Below, one piece after another: positions 30,335-39,853 of a stretch of DNA of 64,000 nucleotides. Made by a program: the position numbers and the translations under genes. The stretch comes from Dehalococcoidia bacterium. GTDB taxonomy: Bacteria; Chloroflexota; Dehalococcoidia; Lucifugimonadales; UBA3495. How positions within the stretch are numbered: position 1 is the first letter of the stretch; the number at the start of each line of letters is the position of its first letter. The stretch spans positions 838,854 to 902,853 of the forward strand of contig CBDESR010000005.1 in assembly GCA_965242615.1 (NCBI GenBank), written 5' to 3'. A model generated the notes under the pieces. It saw only the letters and a list, made by a program, of their open reading frames with translations. It was not told where the DNA came from and did not search any database.

Positions 30335-32089
30335 TTAAGATACCGCGCGATAGGCGGCTTCCATATCTGCCATATAGCCCGGTTCGCCTTGCGGCCGGCG
30401 GGTACGATTAGTGGCGGGCCGCTCGGCCGGGCGCGGCGGCAGGTCAAAACCCTGCCCGGTCAACAGCTGCGCGATGGTGCGGATTTGGATTTTGGGAAAG
30501 TCCCGCTGCCACAATTCCGAAGTATAAAACCCGGCGGCTAACGCTTCCCGTGTCATGGGCCGGGTCGGCGCCGCCAGGGTGATGAACAAGCCCATGGCCG
30601 CCTTTTCCCGTTCCACTACGCCGGCTAACTCCCGGACTTGGGCCACGGCCACGCTCCCGCCCTTGACTTGAATAACTATCTTGCGGGCCGCTTGGCGGGG
30701 GCCGTCGAGGAAGTAAATCAGCCCGTCAATGCCCCCGTCAGCGCCGCGCCGCCGTTCATTATTCCGCGGCTGCGCCCCCAGCAGGGACACCGCCCAATAC
30801 TGGAACTGGAAGGGGTCTTGCGCCCACAAAGCCCGCGCGCCGCCAGTATCCTGAGGTTCGCCAATGATGGCGTAGTCGGTCAGCGGCTCCAAGTCGAAAT
30901 CGTCTTTCAACCGGTTTTTCAGCAAGGCAACGGCCAGATGGGTGAGGTCTATGCCAATCCACTGCCGGCCCAACTTTTGCGCTGCCGCTACCGCCGTACC
31001 GCAGCCGCAAAAGGGATCCAGCACCACATCGCCCGGATTGCTGCTGGTGTTGATTATCCGTTCCAGCAGTCCCACCGGCTTTTGCGTGGGATAGCCCAGC
31101 TTTTCCGCCGCGCTTTCCAGATACTTCACATCCTCGTCAATGCACTCTGGCGTACCATGCAAAACCCCTTGCGTATTGGGTTGATAAGCCCATATATCCT
31201 GATACGGTACGCCGGGGCCGACATACTGCTTATACATCGGCGGCCCTGCGCCCTCGGGCAATACAATCAAATCCTGGGCCAGCAAAGCGTCCAGTTGTTC
31301 CTGGCTGTTCATCCCGGCCCCGGCGTTGGGCAGAAAGGGCCGCAGCGACCGGGGAATGGCCCAGTGCCGGTTGCGCAGCGTCGGGTCAAAGTCCTGCCAA
31401 GGCTGACCGCTGGCCCCGCCGCTCTGCCCCGGCCCGGTCAAATAATTGAGTTGATACCGCCCGCGCTCATCCGACCGGGTGAACCGGCTTTCGATATAGT
31501 TCCGGGCGTAAGGCCGGGTTCCCGGGTGGAAAGTAAATCGGCGGCCCTTGGTATAGAAAAGGATGGTGTCGTGAATTGGCCCGTATTGGAGGGTGGTATT
31601 GTTGTGGGCGCTGGTGCGCCGCCAGACGATTTCGCTGCGGAAATTTTCCCGACCGAACACTACATCCAGCGTCAACCGCAGGAAATGGCTGGCGGTTGGG
31701 TCGCAGTGCAGGTACAGGCTGCCGGTGGGTTTCAAGACCCGGCGCAGCTCCACCAGGCGGGGCGTCATCATCACCAGATAGGACAGCATATCGTTGCGGC
31801 CGACCCACCGCCGCAAGCCCGTCATCATCTCCTTGACCAGCGGCGGCATCCGCGGACTGCCGATGATTTCCTCCTCGAAAGTCCGTTCCGTCTCCTGCGT
31901 CCATTCCCAGGTGTCGCTGAACGCCTTGAGTTGGGCCGGGGAGTCCGCGCCCGACCGGTCTTGAAACAGGACATTGTAGTCGGCTCGGGAGTTAAAGGGC
32001 GGGTCAAGGTAAATCAAATCCACCGATTCGTCGGGCAGGTAATCCCGCAGTACCGGCAGATTGTCGCCATAATAAAGGGTGTTGGGCAT
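30335..32089 (-). CDS. Beta-class N4/N6 DNA methyltransferase fused to a C-terminal Mrr-type restriction-endonuclease domain
   Basis: 584 aa, GGGAGGGA RBS. Sequence VDLIYLDPPFNS (motif IV), VVLDPFCGCGTAVAAAQKLGRQWIGIDL (motif I). The C-terminal ...RGADGGIDGLIYF...KIVIQVKGG... is Mrr_cat-like. Confidence 0.8.
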   Translation of the reverse strand: MPNTLYYGDNLPVLRDYLPDESVDLIYLDPPFNSRADYNVLFQDRSGADSPAQLKAFSDTWEWTQETERTFEEEIIGSPRMPPLVKEMMTGLRRWVGRNDMLSYLVMMTPRLVELRRVLKPTGSLYLHCDPTASHFLRLTLDVVFGRENFRSEIVWRRTSAHNNTTLQYGPIHDTILFYTKGRRFTFHPGTRPYARNYIESRFTRSDERGRYQLNYLTGPGQSGGASGQPWQDFDPTLRNRHWAIPRSLRPFLPNAGAGMNSQEQLDALLAQDLIVLPEGAGPPMYKQYVGPGVPYQDIWAYQPNTQGVLHGTPECIDEDVKYLESAAEKLGYPTQKPVGLLERIINTSSNPGDVVLDPFCGCGTAVAAAQKLGRQWIGIDLTHLAVALLKNRLKDDFDLEPLTDYAIIGEPQDTGGARALWAQDPFQFQYWAVSLLGAQPRNNERRRGADGGIDGLIYFLDGPRQAARKIVIQVKGGSVAVAQVRELAGVVEREKAAMGLFITLAAPTRPMTREALAAGFYTSELWQRDFPKIQIRTIAQLLTGQGFDLPPRPAERPATNRTRRPQGEPGYMADMEAAYRAVS

Positions 32090-32154
32090 AGTTCATCCCT
32101 CCCGGAGTGAGACCGGGCTTTATTATAGCACTACGCCCCAATTTGCCGGGGTGG

Positions 32155-32667
32155 CTAGGCGGGCGGTTGGCTCTTGGGAAAGAGCTTGTCAATTAGCTGA
32201 CCAACACCATCAACCGGCTCGAACTGACCCTTATTAAGCACACGCCGGTTTGCCCTGGGGGTCTTGACTCCCTGCGCGTTTGCCTTGGTGTGCTTACCCA
32301 CTTTGTTGCCCAAGTCAGGCCGTTCACCGGGGTTTCCCCCGAAAAACCGGTATTCCAGCCTTACCCGTCCGGCTTCATCTGCATAGGAAAGCCAGATGAC
32401 ACAACCGCCGGGTTTGTCTCCCAGCTTGGCGTTCACCCCTTGCGTGCTGGTCTTGGCATCCCAACGGGAACTCTTTAGTTGAATATGCCGGATTACTCCC
32501 GCACATTCCAAGACCAAGTCGTAGCCGGCATTGTCCACATCAGGCCGCATTACGGAAATCTGCTGCTTCTGAACCAGCCAAGACTCTTGCAAGAGTTCCG
32601 ACAGGAACACGTACTCGGTCAATTTCTCTTGGTAACTGGATTCCAAGGAAGCCAAATCATCGGACAT
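32155..32667 (-). CDS. Small PD-(D/E)XK-like protein (DUF4365-like?), hypothetical
   Basis: 170 aa. The ATG lies 4 nt after the lysS stop, with the RBS inside the lysS 3' end. Sequence ...VMRPDVDNAGYDLVLECAGVIRHIQLKSS... fits D-x(n)-(D/E)-x-K. GC is visibly lower. Confidence 0.5.
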   Translation of the reverse strand: MSDDLASLESSYQEKLTEYVFLSELLQESWLVQKQQISVMRPDVDNAGYDLVLECAGVIRHIQLKSSRWDAKTSTQGVNAKLGDKPGGCVIWLSYADEAGRVRLEYRFFGGNPGERPDLGNKVGKHTKANAQGVKTPRANRRVLNKGQFEPVDGVGQLIDKLFPKSQPPA

Positions 32668-32670
32668 ATC

Positions 32671-34200
32671 CTACTCCTCCTTATCCGAGTCATTGCCGCC
32701 GCTTACCACCCGCATTTGCGGGAATAGCAGCACGTCGCGGATGCTGCTTTGGCCGGTTAGGAGCATGGCCAGGCGGTCGATGCCGACGCCCAAGCCGCCG
32801 GTGGGGGGCATACCGTATTCCAGGGCGGTCAAAAAGTCGTCATCAAGGCGGTCAACTTCCTCATCTTGGAACCGTTGGCGGATGTTTTCCTGTTCCGCAA
32901 AGCGGGCGCGCTGTACGGCCGGGTCGTTGAGTTCGGTATAGGAATTGGCGATTTCCATACCGGCGGCAAAGGCTTCAAATCGCTCGACATAGCCGGGCTG
33001 ATCCGGCTTCTCTTTAGCCAGAGGGGACATCACCGCCGGATAGTCCAGCAGAAAGGTGGGCTGAATCAAGGTCGGCTCAATGCAGGTGGAGACCAGTTTG
33101 TCAATGAGCCGGCCGCGGCTTTCCCGGGGACTGGCGTCCGGTATCAGGTTGGCGATGGCTTTGATAAAGGCGGCGTCAGCGTCCGGCGGGTAAGCGTCCA
33201 GGTCGATGCCGGTGCGCCGGTACAGTTCATCCTTTAGGGACAAGCGCGGCCACGGCGGGGTGAAGTCAATGATTTCATCGCCGTAGGGAATTGCCGTTGT
33301 CCCGCGCACTTCCTGGCCCACGCTGGAAATCATCTGCTCGACCATTGCCATCACATCGTTATAGTCGGCGTAGGCTTCGTAGCTTTCCAGCAGGGTGAAT
33401 TCCGGGTTATGGTCCTGGTCGATGCCTTCGTTACGAAAGACCCGGCCCAGTTCGTACACCTTGTCGAAGCCGCCGACAATGAGGCGTTTCAGGTAAAGCT
33501 CGGTGGCGATGCGGAGATAGAGGCGTTGGTTCAGGGCGTTGTGGTGGGTGGCAAAGGGGCGGGCGTGGGCGCCGGCGGCCACCGGCACCAGGATGGGCGT
33601 ATCCACTTCCAGAAAGCCCCGGGCGTCGAGGAAGCGGCGGATGCCGCTGATGACCCGGCTGCGTTGGGCAAAGGCGGTCATCACTTCCGGGTCGGCAATC
33701 AGGTCGAGGTAACGCTGGCGGTAGCGGATTTCCACATCCCGCAAGCCGTGCCACTTCTCCGGCAGCGGGCGCATCCCTTTGGACAGCAGGGTCAAGGAAT
33801 GGGCGGCAATGGAAATCTGGCCGGTGCGGGTTCGCAGCATGGGCCCGGTTACGCCGAGGAAATCGCCCAAGTCGAGATCTTTCAGCAGTTCGTAGGCGTC
33901 GCCCAGGACATTCTGGCGCAGCATCGCTTGGACGGCGCCGGAGCCGTCGCGCAGGTCGAGAAAGGCGGCGCGGCCCATCACCCGCATGGCGGTAATGCGG
34001 CCGGCTAAGGAGTGTTCCGGGCCTTGGGGTTCGGCGCCGGCGTCCGTGGCCGCCGTTTCCGCCGCTGCAAAGTCAGCCATCGCGGTGGCGGCGTCCGCGG
34101 TGCGGTGGAAACGGGGCGGGTAGGGGTCGATGCCCCGTTCCCGCAGGCGGTTTAACTTGGTTTGGCGGCTGTGGAGCAGCCCATCCTCGCGTTCCGGCAT
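32671..34200 (-). CDS. lysS: Lysyl-tRNA synthetase (class II)
   Basis: ORF trimmed to ATG 34200, 509 aa. Sequence ...RLRERGIDPYPPRFHRT..., ...VYELGRVFRNEGID..HNPEFT.LE.Y..., ...GMPPTGGLGVGIDRLAMLLTG. Confidence 0.95.
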   Translation of the reverse strand: MPEREDGLLHSRQTKLNRLRERGIDPYPPRFHRTADAATAMADFAAAETAATDAGAEPQGPEHSLAGRITAMRVMGRAAFLDLRDGSGAVQAMLRQNVLGDAYELLKDLDLGDFLGVTGPMLRTRTGQISIAAHSLTLLSKGMRPLPEKWHGLRDVEIRYRQRYLDLIADPEVMTAFAQRSRVISGIRRFLDARGFLEVDTPILVPVAAGAHARPFATHHNALNQRLYLRIATELYLKRLIVGGFDKVYELGRVFRNEGIDQDHNPEFTLLESYEAYADYNDVMAMVEQMISSVGQEVRGTTAIPYGDEIIDFTPPWPRLSLKDELYRRTGIDLDAYPPDADAAFIKAIANLIPDASPRESRGRLIDKLVSTCIEPTLIQPTFLLDYPAVMSPLAKEKPDQPGYVERFEAFAAGMEIANSYTELNDPAVQRARFAEQENIRQRFQDEEVDRLDDDFLTALEYGMPPTGGLGVGIDRLAMLLTGQSSIRDVLLFPQMRVVSGGNDSDKEE

Positions 34201-34696
34201 AGTGGCAGAGATTTTAGCCGCCGGGGGCGGGAGTTGTAAAGCGGGGCGACGGTTAGGTATTCTCAACACGTGTTGGCATAGGTTAAATCAGGGAAAAATC
34301 GCCCCGAGCAGAAAGGGATTCCTATTGATTTTCTGGCGCTGCTTTGGCTCCTACAAGGCCGTTTTTAGCTCGGTTGCCACAATCTTTACCTTCAACTGGT
34401 CGGCCAGTTCTTGGAACCGGCGCCCATAGACGCCGCCCGCCCCACTTGTGCCAGGTTTGTCCGCCACAACCGGAACACCGCTCTGGCGCGTCCCTACCCT
34501 TGGGACTTGCAAAAGTCACCCATCAGGACATATAGTATCGTCAGGACGGTGTGGATCCAGAATACCCCAGACTCCTTTGGGCAAGCAGGCTTAACTATGG
34601 GGCAGAGACGAATTCCCGTTATAAAGTCTTTCCTGCCTTTTTATTTCACACCAAGCGTTCAAGTGTTTAAACCGTCAACCGAGAGGGTTTGCCCTT

Positions 34697-35728
34697 ATGA
34701 AAGCCGTTTATTTCAATCAGCCGGGCGGGCCGGAGGTTTTGACTTACGGCGATTTGCCGGAGCCGGAACCGGGGCCGGGCGAAGTTATGCTGCGGGTTCA
34801 CGCCAGCGCGCTGAACCGGGCCGATTTGGGCCTGCTGCGCCGCGGCCGCAGTTCCTACCCCCATATCCCCGGTATGGACATTGCCGGCGAAGTGGCCGGG
34901 CTGAGCCCGGAAGCGGCGGCCGCCGGCCAATGGCAAGTAGGCGACCGGGTGCTGCTGGAGAACCGGGTCAAGTGCGAAATCTGCGACAACTGCATTGCCG
35001 GCATCGACCAGTATTGCCGCAATCAAAAGCGGTTGGGCGTTGACCTCGATGGCGGCCATGCCGAATATGTGGTCGCACCGGCGGTGAATGTCTATAAAAT
35101 CCCGGACACGATGTCCTTTACCGAAGCCGCCGCCCTGCCTTTGGCCGGCCATACCGCTTGGCAGTGTATGGTGGTGCAGGGGCAAGTGCAGCCTTGGGAT
35201 GATGTGCTGGTTCACGCCGCCGGCAGCGGCGTCGGCAGTATGGCGATACAGATTGCCCGGATGGTAGGGGCGCGGGTCATCACCACCGCCGGCAGCGACT
35301 GGAAACTGGAAAAGGCTAAAGAGTGGGGCGCGTGGGCCGGCATTAACTACCGGGAAACGGACAGCCTCAGCCAACGGGTGATGGAACTGACGGACGGCCA
35401 GGGCGTTGACCTGGTGTTCGATGTGGTGGGCGCGGATGTGTGGGATGAAAGTATGCGCTGCCTGAAACCCGGCGGCCGTCTGGTGATTACCGGGGTTACT
35501 TCCGGGGCGCAGACGATGATGGATTTGTCTATTCTGCAAGGGCGGCCGCTGCATCTGATGGGCAGCGGCGGCCGTACCCGCCGCAGTTTTGGCGACCTGA
35601 TGAAAATGGTCAATCAAGGGGAACTGCGCGGCATCGTCGGCCAGACTTTCCCCCTACCGGAAGTGGCGGCAGCGCACCGGGTAATGGCGTCCCGGGACTT
35701 TTACGGCAAGCTGGTGATTGAGCATTAG
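34697..35728 (+). CDS. Zinc-type alcohol dehydrogenase/quinone oxidoreductase (MDR superfamily)
   Basis: 343 aa. Sequence MKAVYFNQPGGPEVLTYGDLPEPEPGPGEVMLRVHASALNRADL..., ...VLVHAAGSGVGSMAIQIA... Confidence 0.8.
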   Translation: MKAVYFNQPGGPEVLTYGDLPEPEPGPGEVMLRVHASALNRADLGLLRRGRSSYPHIPGMDIAGEVAGLSPEAAAAGQWQVGDRVLLENRVKCEICDNCIAGIDQYCRNQKRLGVDLDGGHAEYVVAPAVNVYKIPDTMSFTEAAALPLAGHTAWQCMVVQGQVQPWDDVLVHAAGSGVGSMAIQIARMVGARVITTAGSDWKLEKAKEWGAWAGINYRETDSLSQRVMELTDGQGVDLVFDVVGADVWDESMRCLKPGGRLVITGVTSGAQTMMDLSILQGRPLHLMGSGGRTRRSFGDLMKMVNQGELRGIVGQTFPLPEVAAAHRVMASRDFYGKLVIEH

Positions 35729-35780
35729 GTTGCTTTTACGCTAAAATGCCCCCATTCCCCAACAACAAGGAGTAACCCGG

Positions 35781-36206
35781 TTGACTGCCCACGCTGAACC
35801 CGCCGAACCCTATCTCAAATATGCCTTGTTCTGCAAGGACACGGAGACCGATGACGCGGACGACCTGACCTTTCGCGGCGTCATCGACTTGGTGGAACTG
35901 CCGCCGCCGTCCGAACCGCCCGGCCCGGATTCCCCGGTATTGGCGCAGTTGGATGTGAACTTGGCGTTCTGCATTGCCGGGGCATCCCCGGGCCGCCACC
36001 ATTTGATGGTAGGCATCAAAGCCCCGGGCATTCCTCTGGACATCCCGCCGGCCCAAACTATCGACTGGGAGGCGGGTATCCTCTTTCAGCGGTGGATAAA
36101 AGCGTTTCGCATCCCGGTACAGCGAGGCGGCCTGCATACCGCGGCCATTATGCTGGACGGCGCGCCATTGGGCGAAGCCAGTTTCCTGGTGCGTTTTGCC
36201 CAATAG
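35781..36206 (+). CDS. Hypothetical protein (141 aa)
   Basis: TTG start 8 nt after AAGGAG. Non-repetitive sequence with no motif I recognise. Confidence 0.5.
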   Translation: MTAHAEPAEPYLKYALFCKDTETDDADDLTFRGVIDLVELPPPSEPPGPDSPVLAQLDVNLAFCIAGASPGRHHLMVGIKAPGIPLDIPPAQTIDWEAGILFQRWIKAFRIPVQRGGLHTAAIMLDGAPLGEASFLVRFAQ

Positions 36207-36308
36207 TCCCGGGCTTGCCAACCCCGCCCGTCCATAGGGTCCATTTGCTTGCGCTGGATTCATCCGGCAACAAGTTTAAGATGGGCGGAAATAAACCTGC
36301 AATTCTTG

Positions 36309-36551
36309 CTACCCCCGCCCCCAACGCCAGTAAAAAACCAGCAATCCCAACGGCATCGCCACCACCAGCGCGCCCACTACGACCACCACCGTCCACGGCC
36401 CCAGCCCAATCAAATGCGCCAACTGCCCTTGCAGCCACTCCAGAAAGGCCGCATCCGGTATCTCATCATGATGCCGCCCCATCGCCAGCAAACCGGCCGC
36501 AAAGACCGCCGCCGCGCCATCCGCCAGTCCGAACCAGCCCAAGCCCGGCAT
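36309..36551 (-). CDS. Small membrane protein (80 aa, hypothetical)
   Basis: ATG 36551, 15 nt after the MFS stop. Two TM spans. Confidence 0.45.
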   Translation of the reverse strand: MPGLGWFGLADGAAAVFAAGLLAMGRHHDEIPDAAFLEWLQGQLAHLIGLGPWTVVVVVGALVVAMPLGLLVFYWRWGRG

Positions 36552-36566
36552 ACCCGCGCCCGCTCC

Positions 36567-38009
36567 CTAATCCCCGGCCGCCGCAGTTGCCGCCGCCGGC
36601 TCCTCTACTGCCGGCTGATACCGCGCCGAATATCGCCGTTCCTTAATCGAAAAGGCGAACAGCGACGCCGGAAACAGCAGCAGTCCCGCAATCAAAAAGG
36701 GAATGGTATAAGAACCCGTCCAGTCAAAGAGCAGCCCCGCCAGCCAGATGCTCAACCCGCTCCCGACCGCGTGGACCAGAAATGCCACCCCCGAAATCGT
36801 CCCCAAGGCCCGCAGCCCGTACACATCCGCAATCAACGCCGTCGTCAGCGGCGCCGTTGCAATCCACGAAATCCCGGCTACTACCGCAAACACCAGCAGC
36901 GCCGGCGTCCCCCAGCCCATCAGTTCCACCCCGGCCAGCAGCGCCATATACGCCGTCCCCCGCACAAAATAGACCAACCCCAGCATATTCTTGCGGCTGA
37001 ACCGGTCCGACAAGATGCCCGCCCCAATGCTGCCGACAATGTTCAGTCCCATCATCAGCCCGAAAATCAGCGCCGCCGACTGCTCCGGCACCCCCAGGGA
37101 ATGGGCAAAAGGCACAAAATGGATGGACAGCACCGCCGTAGTGTACCCGCAGGCAAAATAGGCAATGGTCATCTGCCAGATCGGCATTGATTGGAACGAC
37201 CGCCGCCAGCTGTCCGTATCCAGAACTCCCGGCCGCCGTTCTTGCCGGGCCGTCCCGCTGCTCCCGGTTGCCGGCGTCGCCGCCCCGTCCGGTCGCAATC
37301 CCAAATCCGCCAGCGTCACCTCTCCATCCGGCCGCAATCCCAAATCTGACGGATTATTCCGCAGAAACAAAAATGCCAGCGGCGCCGCCAGCAGCAGTAC
37401 CATCAACCCGAAAGCCACCCAGGTAATCCGCCAGTTCGTGGCTTGCAACAGGTACATCCCGAACGGCACCAGCAGCAGACCGCCGGCCGAAAGCCCGGCT
37501 GCATTCAGCCCTACCACCGTAGCCCGCCGCTGCCGAAACCACCGCGACAGCAACGCCCCGGTATTGTTCAGCGACATCCCGCTCAACGCCACCGACGACA
37601 CAAACCCGAACATAAAAATCAGAAACAGCAGGTGGAAAGTCAGGCTCAAAACCACCGTGGCCAGCCCGAACACCACCAGGCTGGATACAATCACCCGCCG
37701 CCCGCCGAACCGGTCCAGCAGCCGCCCCATAAAGGGCTGCGTCAACCCGTTCACCAGAAACCCCAAGGCCGCCGCCAGGGAAATCGTCCCCCGGTTCCAA
37801 TCAAACTCCTCGCTCATCGGCAGCACGAAAATCCCGAAACTGTTCCGCGCCCCATTCGTAACAAAGGCCACGAAAATACAGGTGGCGACGATATACCACC
37901 CATAGAAAATCGGCCGCGGCGTCCCGCCGGACAGCTGCTCCGACCCCGCCGACCGCTGCTCGGCTCCCGTCGCCGGTTGCTCGGCTCTCTGCTGACCGCT
38001 GCTAACCAT
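36567..38009 (-). CDS. MFS transporter (oxalate/formate antiporter-like)
   Basis: ORF trimmed to ATG 38009, 480 aa with 12 hydrophobic spans. The central loop contains a tandem duplication, SDLGLRPDGEVTLADLGLRPDGAATPA. Confidence 0.75.
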   Translation of the reverse strand: MVSSGQQRAEQPATGAEQRSAGSEQLSGGTPRPIFYGWYIVATCIFVAFVTNGARNSFGIFVLPMSEEFDWNRGTISLAAALGFLVNGLTQPFMGRLLDRFGGRRVIVSSLVVFGLATVVLSLTFHLLFLIFMFGFVSSVALSGMSLNNTGALLSRWFRQRRATVVGLNAAGLSAGGLLLVPFGMYLLQATNWRITWVAFGLMVLLLAAPLAFLFLRNNPSDLGLRPDGEVTLADLGLRPDGAATPATGSSGTARQERRPGVLDTDSWRRSFQSMPIWQMTIAYFACGYTTAVLSIHFVPFAHSLGVPEQSAALIFGLMMGLNIVGSIGAGILSDRFSRKNMLGLVYFVRGTAYMALLAGVELMGWGTPALLVFAVVAGISWIATAPLTTALIADVYGLRALGTISGVAFLVHAVGSGLSIWLAGLLFDWTGSYTIPFLIAGLLLFPASLFAFSIKERRYSARYQPAVEEPAAATAAAGD

Positions 38010-38114
38010 CAACCCCCCTGCTGACTGCTTGCCGGGGAAAATACCGCCCCCACTATACACCCCCAACGCCCGAATAGTAACCCCTGTTACTTGGATAATT
38101 CCCCACTGTAAATA

Positions 38115-38140
38115 GTCGTTCCCGTGAAAATGGGAACGAC
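38115..38140. repeat. REP-A-like hairpin
   Basis: gtcgttcccgtgaaaatgggaacgac. Confidence 0.6.
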
Positions 38141-38211
38141 TGTAGGGGCCGCGTCTGATAGATGTAATTGCCCGGGCAAGGCAAAGGAGCAATGAGCAAT
38201 GAGCAAAAAAC

Positions 38212-38286
38212 TGGAGCCGGTGAAGGGAGTCGAACCCTTGACCTGCGGTTTACGAAACCGCTGCTCTGCCACTGAGCTACACCGGC
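38212..38286 (-). tRNA. tRNA-Thr (anticodon CGU), CCA encoded
   Basis: Reverse complement gccggtg-ta-gctc-agtggca-gagc-a-gcggt-ttCGTaa-accgc-aggtc-aaggg-ttcgact-ccctt-caccggc-t-cca folds as a canonical 75-nt cloverleaf. Confidence 0.9.
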
Positions 38287-38377
38287 CCGCGCGTAAAAGA
38301 GGGATTGCCGTAACTATTATACCATCCCCAAAAGCCGGCCGCCATACTTTTAACGGCGGCAATCAGAGGAATTAAAC

Positions 38378-38417
38378 AGAGCTGCGCCGCTGCTTTAGAG
38401 AGCAGCGGCGCAGCTCT
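38378..38417 (-). terminator. Perfect 17-bp hairpin downstream of the CoA-transferase gene
   Basis: agagctgcgccgctgct-ttagag-agcagcggcgcagctct. The minus-strand 3' flank is GTTTAATT, a weak T-run. Confidence 0.5.
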
Positions 38418-38453
38418 AATTTCGCGGGTTCTGGGGATGGAAAAGGGTACTGC

Positions 38454-39668
38454 CTAGCCCGGCACCTCGTCATAGTGGTCGAACTCGGCGATGACCTTGC
38501 CCTCCCGCAGTTGGGCGATTTCCTCCGCGGAGTAGCCCAGCAAGCCGGTCAGCACTTCCTCGTTGTGTTCGCCGACTTGGGGGGTACTGCCCACCACGGC
38601 CGGGGTGCGGCTGAAGTGCCAGAAGTCGCCGGATACCGCAATGGTGCCGGCCAGAAAGTCGGGAACTTCCATCAGCGCGCCCCGTTCCCAGGGATGGGGG
38701 TCGGCCGCCGCTTGGGGGATGGTGTTCACCGGAGCCGCTACCACATCGTGCCGCGTAAAGTGGGCGATGACCTCGGCCATCGTCTTATCCGCCATCAGTT
38801 CCCGCATGGCGGTGTTGATGGCTTCGCCGTTGTTGGCCCGCTCGTGGCGGGTAGTAAAGCGGGGGTCTTCGAGCCACTCCGGCTTGCCCAGGGCGTTACA
38901 GACCCGGTGCCAGTGATGCTGGTCGCCGGCGGCAATCAGCACCCAGCCGTCCTTGCAGGGATAAGTGCCGCTGGGCGGGGCCGCTGACTCGCCGCGGCGG
39001 GGTTCCACGCCGGCACCATGATAGGCGGTCACCGGAATTTCGGTGTAGCTGTAGCCGGTATCGGCCAGGCACACATCGATGGACTGGCCTTCCCCGGAAG
39101 TTTCCCGCTCGTGGAGGGCGGCCAAAGTGCCAATGGCGGCGTGCAGAGCGGTGGTGCGGTCGATAATCGGCACCCCGGCCCGGATGGGCGGCATCCCGTC
39201 TTGCCCGGTGACCATCGCAATGCCGGACATGGTTTGCCCGATGGGGTCATAGCCAATCTGGTCCCGGTAGGGGCCGAACTGGCCGTACGCCGAGACATTG
39301 ACCATAATGATGCGGGGGTTCAGCTCCTTCAGGGTGGCGTAGCCGAAGCCCATGTTGTCCATAGTGCCGGGGCGGAAGTTCTGGACGATGACATCGGAAA
39401 TCTTGACCAGTTTCCGCAGGGCTTCCTTGCCCTCCTCTTTCCGCAAGTCCATACTCAGGGACTTCTTGCCGCTGTTATACTGCACCCAATAGGCGCTCTG
39501 CTTCCGCACCCAGGGGCCGTGGTAGCGGGTTTCCTCGCCGCCCAACCGCTCGACTTTGATAACCTCGGCGCCGAGACGGGCCAGCACTTGGGCGCAGCGC
39601 GGCCCGGCCTGATGCCGCCCCAAGTCAATGACGCGGACGCCGCTCAAGGGACTGGTGGATTCTGCCAT
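38454..39668 (-). CDS. Family III CoA-transferase (CaiB/BaiF)
   Basis: Sequence MAESTSPLSGVRVIDLGRHQAGPRCAQVLARLGAEVIKVE...MDLR... is the typical CoA_transf_3 N-terminus. ATG 39668 is preferred over TTG 39677. Confidence 0.85.
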   Translation of the reverse strand: MAESTSPLSGVRVIDLGRHQAGPRCAQVLARLGAEVIKVERLGGEETRYHGPWVRKQSAYWVQYNSGKKSLSMDLRKEEGKEALRKLVKISDVIVQNFRPGTMDNMGFGYATLKELNPRIIMVNVSAYGQFGPYRDQIGYDPIGQTMSGIAMVTGQDGMPPIRAGVPIIDRTTALHAAIGTLAALHERETSGEGQSIDVCLADTGYSYTEIPVTAYHGAGVEPRRGESAAPPSGTYPCKDGWVLIAAGDQHHWHRVCNALGKPEWLEDPRFTTRHERANNGEAINTAMRELMADKTMAEVIAHFTRHDVVAAPVNTIPQAAADPHPWERGALMEVPDFLAGTIAVSGDFWHFSRTPAVVGSTPQVGEHNEEVLTGLLGYSAEEIAQLREGKVIAEFDHYDEVPG

Positions 39669-39754
39669 TTGCAACACCCCTCAAATAATCTGCCGAAAGT
39701 CTGCCGCCTAATTTACCACCGCTTTAAGGAAAGGGCAAGCGGCCGGCAACGGGC

Positions 39755-39842
39755 GGTTCCGTTTTGTTACGGATGATTTTCAACTTTACGATATTGCCGA
39801 AAAGTTCATTTCATCCGCAACAGAACGGAAACACCAATCCCG
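39755..39842. mobile_element. MITE-like palindromic element (inverted relative to 48171-48249)
   Basis: ggttccgttttgttacggatgattttcaactttacgatattgccgaaaagttcatttcatccgcaacagaacggaaac. Its reverse complement is near-identical to the 48171 copy. Confidence 0.8.
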
Positions 39843-39853
39843 GCCGCCCGGCA

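Noticed and set aside
30638-32110. Long ORFs antisense to recognisable genes: 30638..32110 (+, 490 aa), 29102..30292 (+), 22125..23237 (+), 24155..25039 (+), 54132..55328 (-), 47010..48230 (-), 6131..7144 (-), 4781..5530 (-), 34667..35617 (-), 42609..43604 (-), 36249..37190 (+), 11957..12889 (+), 61324..62325 (+), 28002..28802 (-), 8810..9562 (-).
   Set aside because: Each lies opposite a gene with clear family motifs and an RBS. Their translations are low-complexity (G/A/V/R/P-rich) with no motifs. Long stop-free antisense frames are expected in high-GC, strand-skewed DNA.
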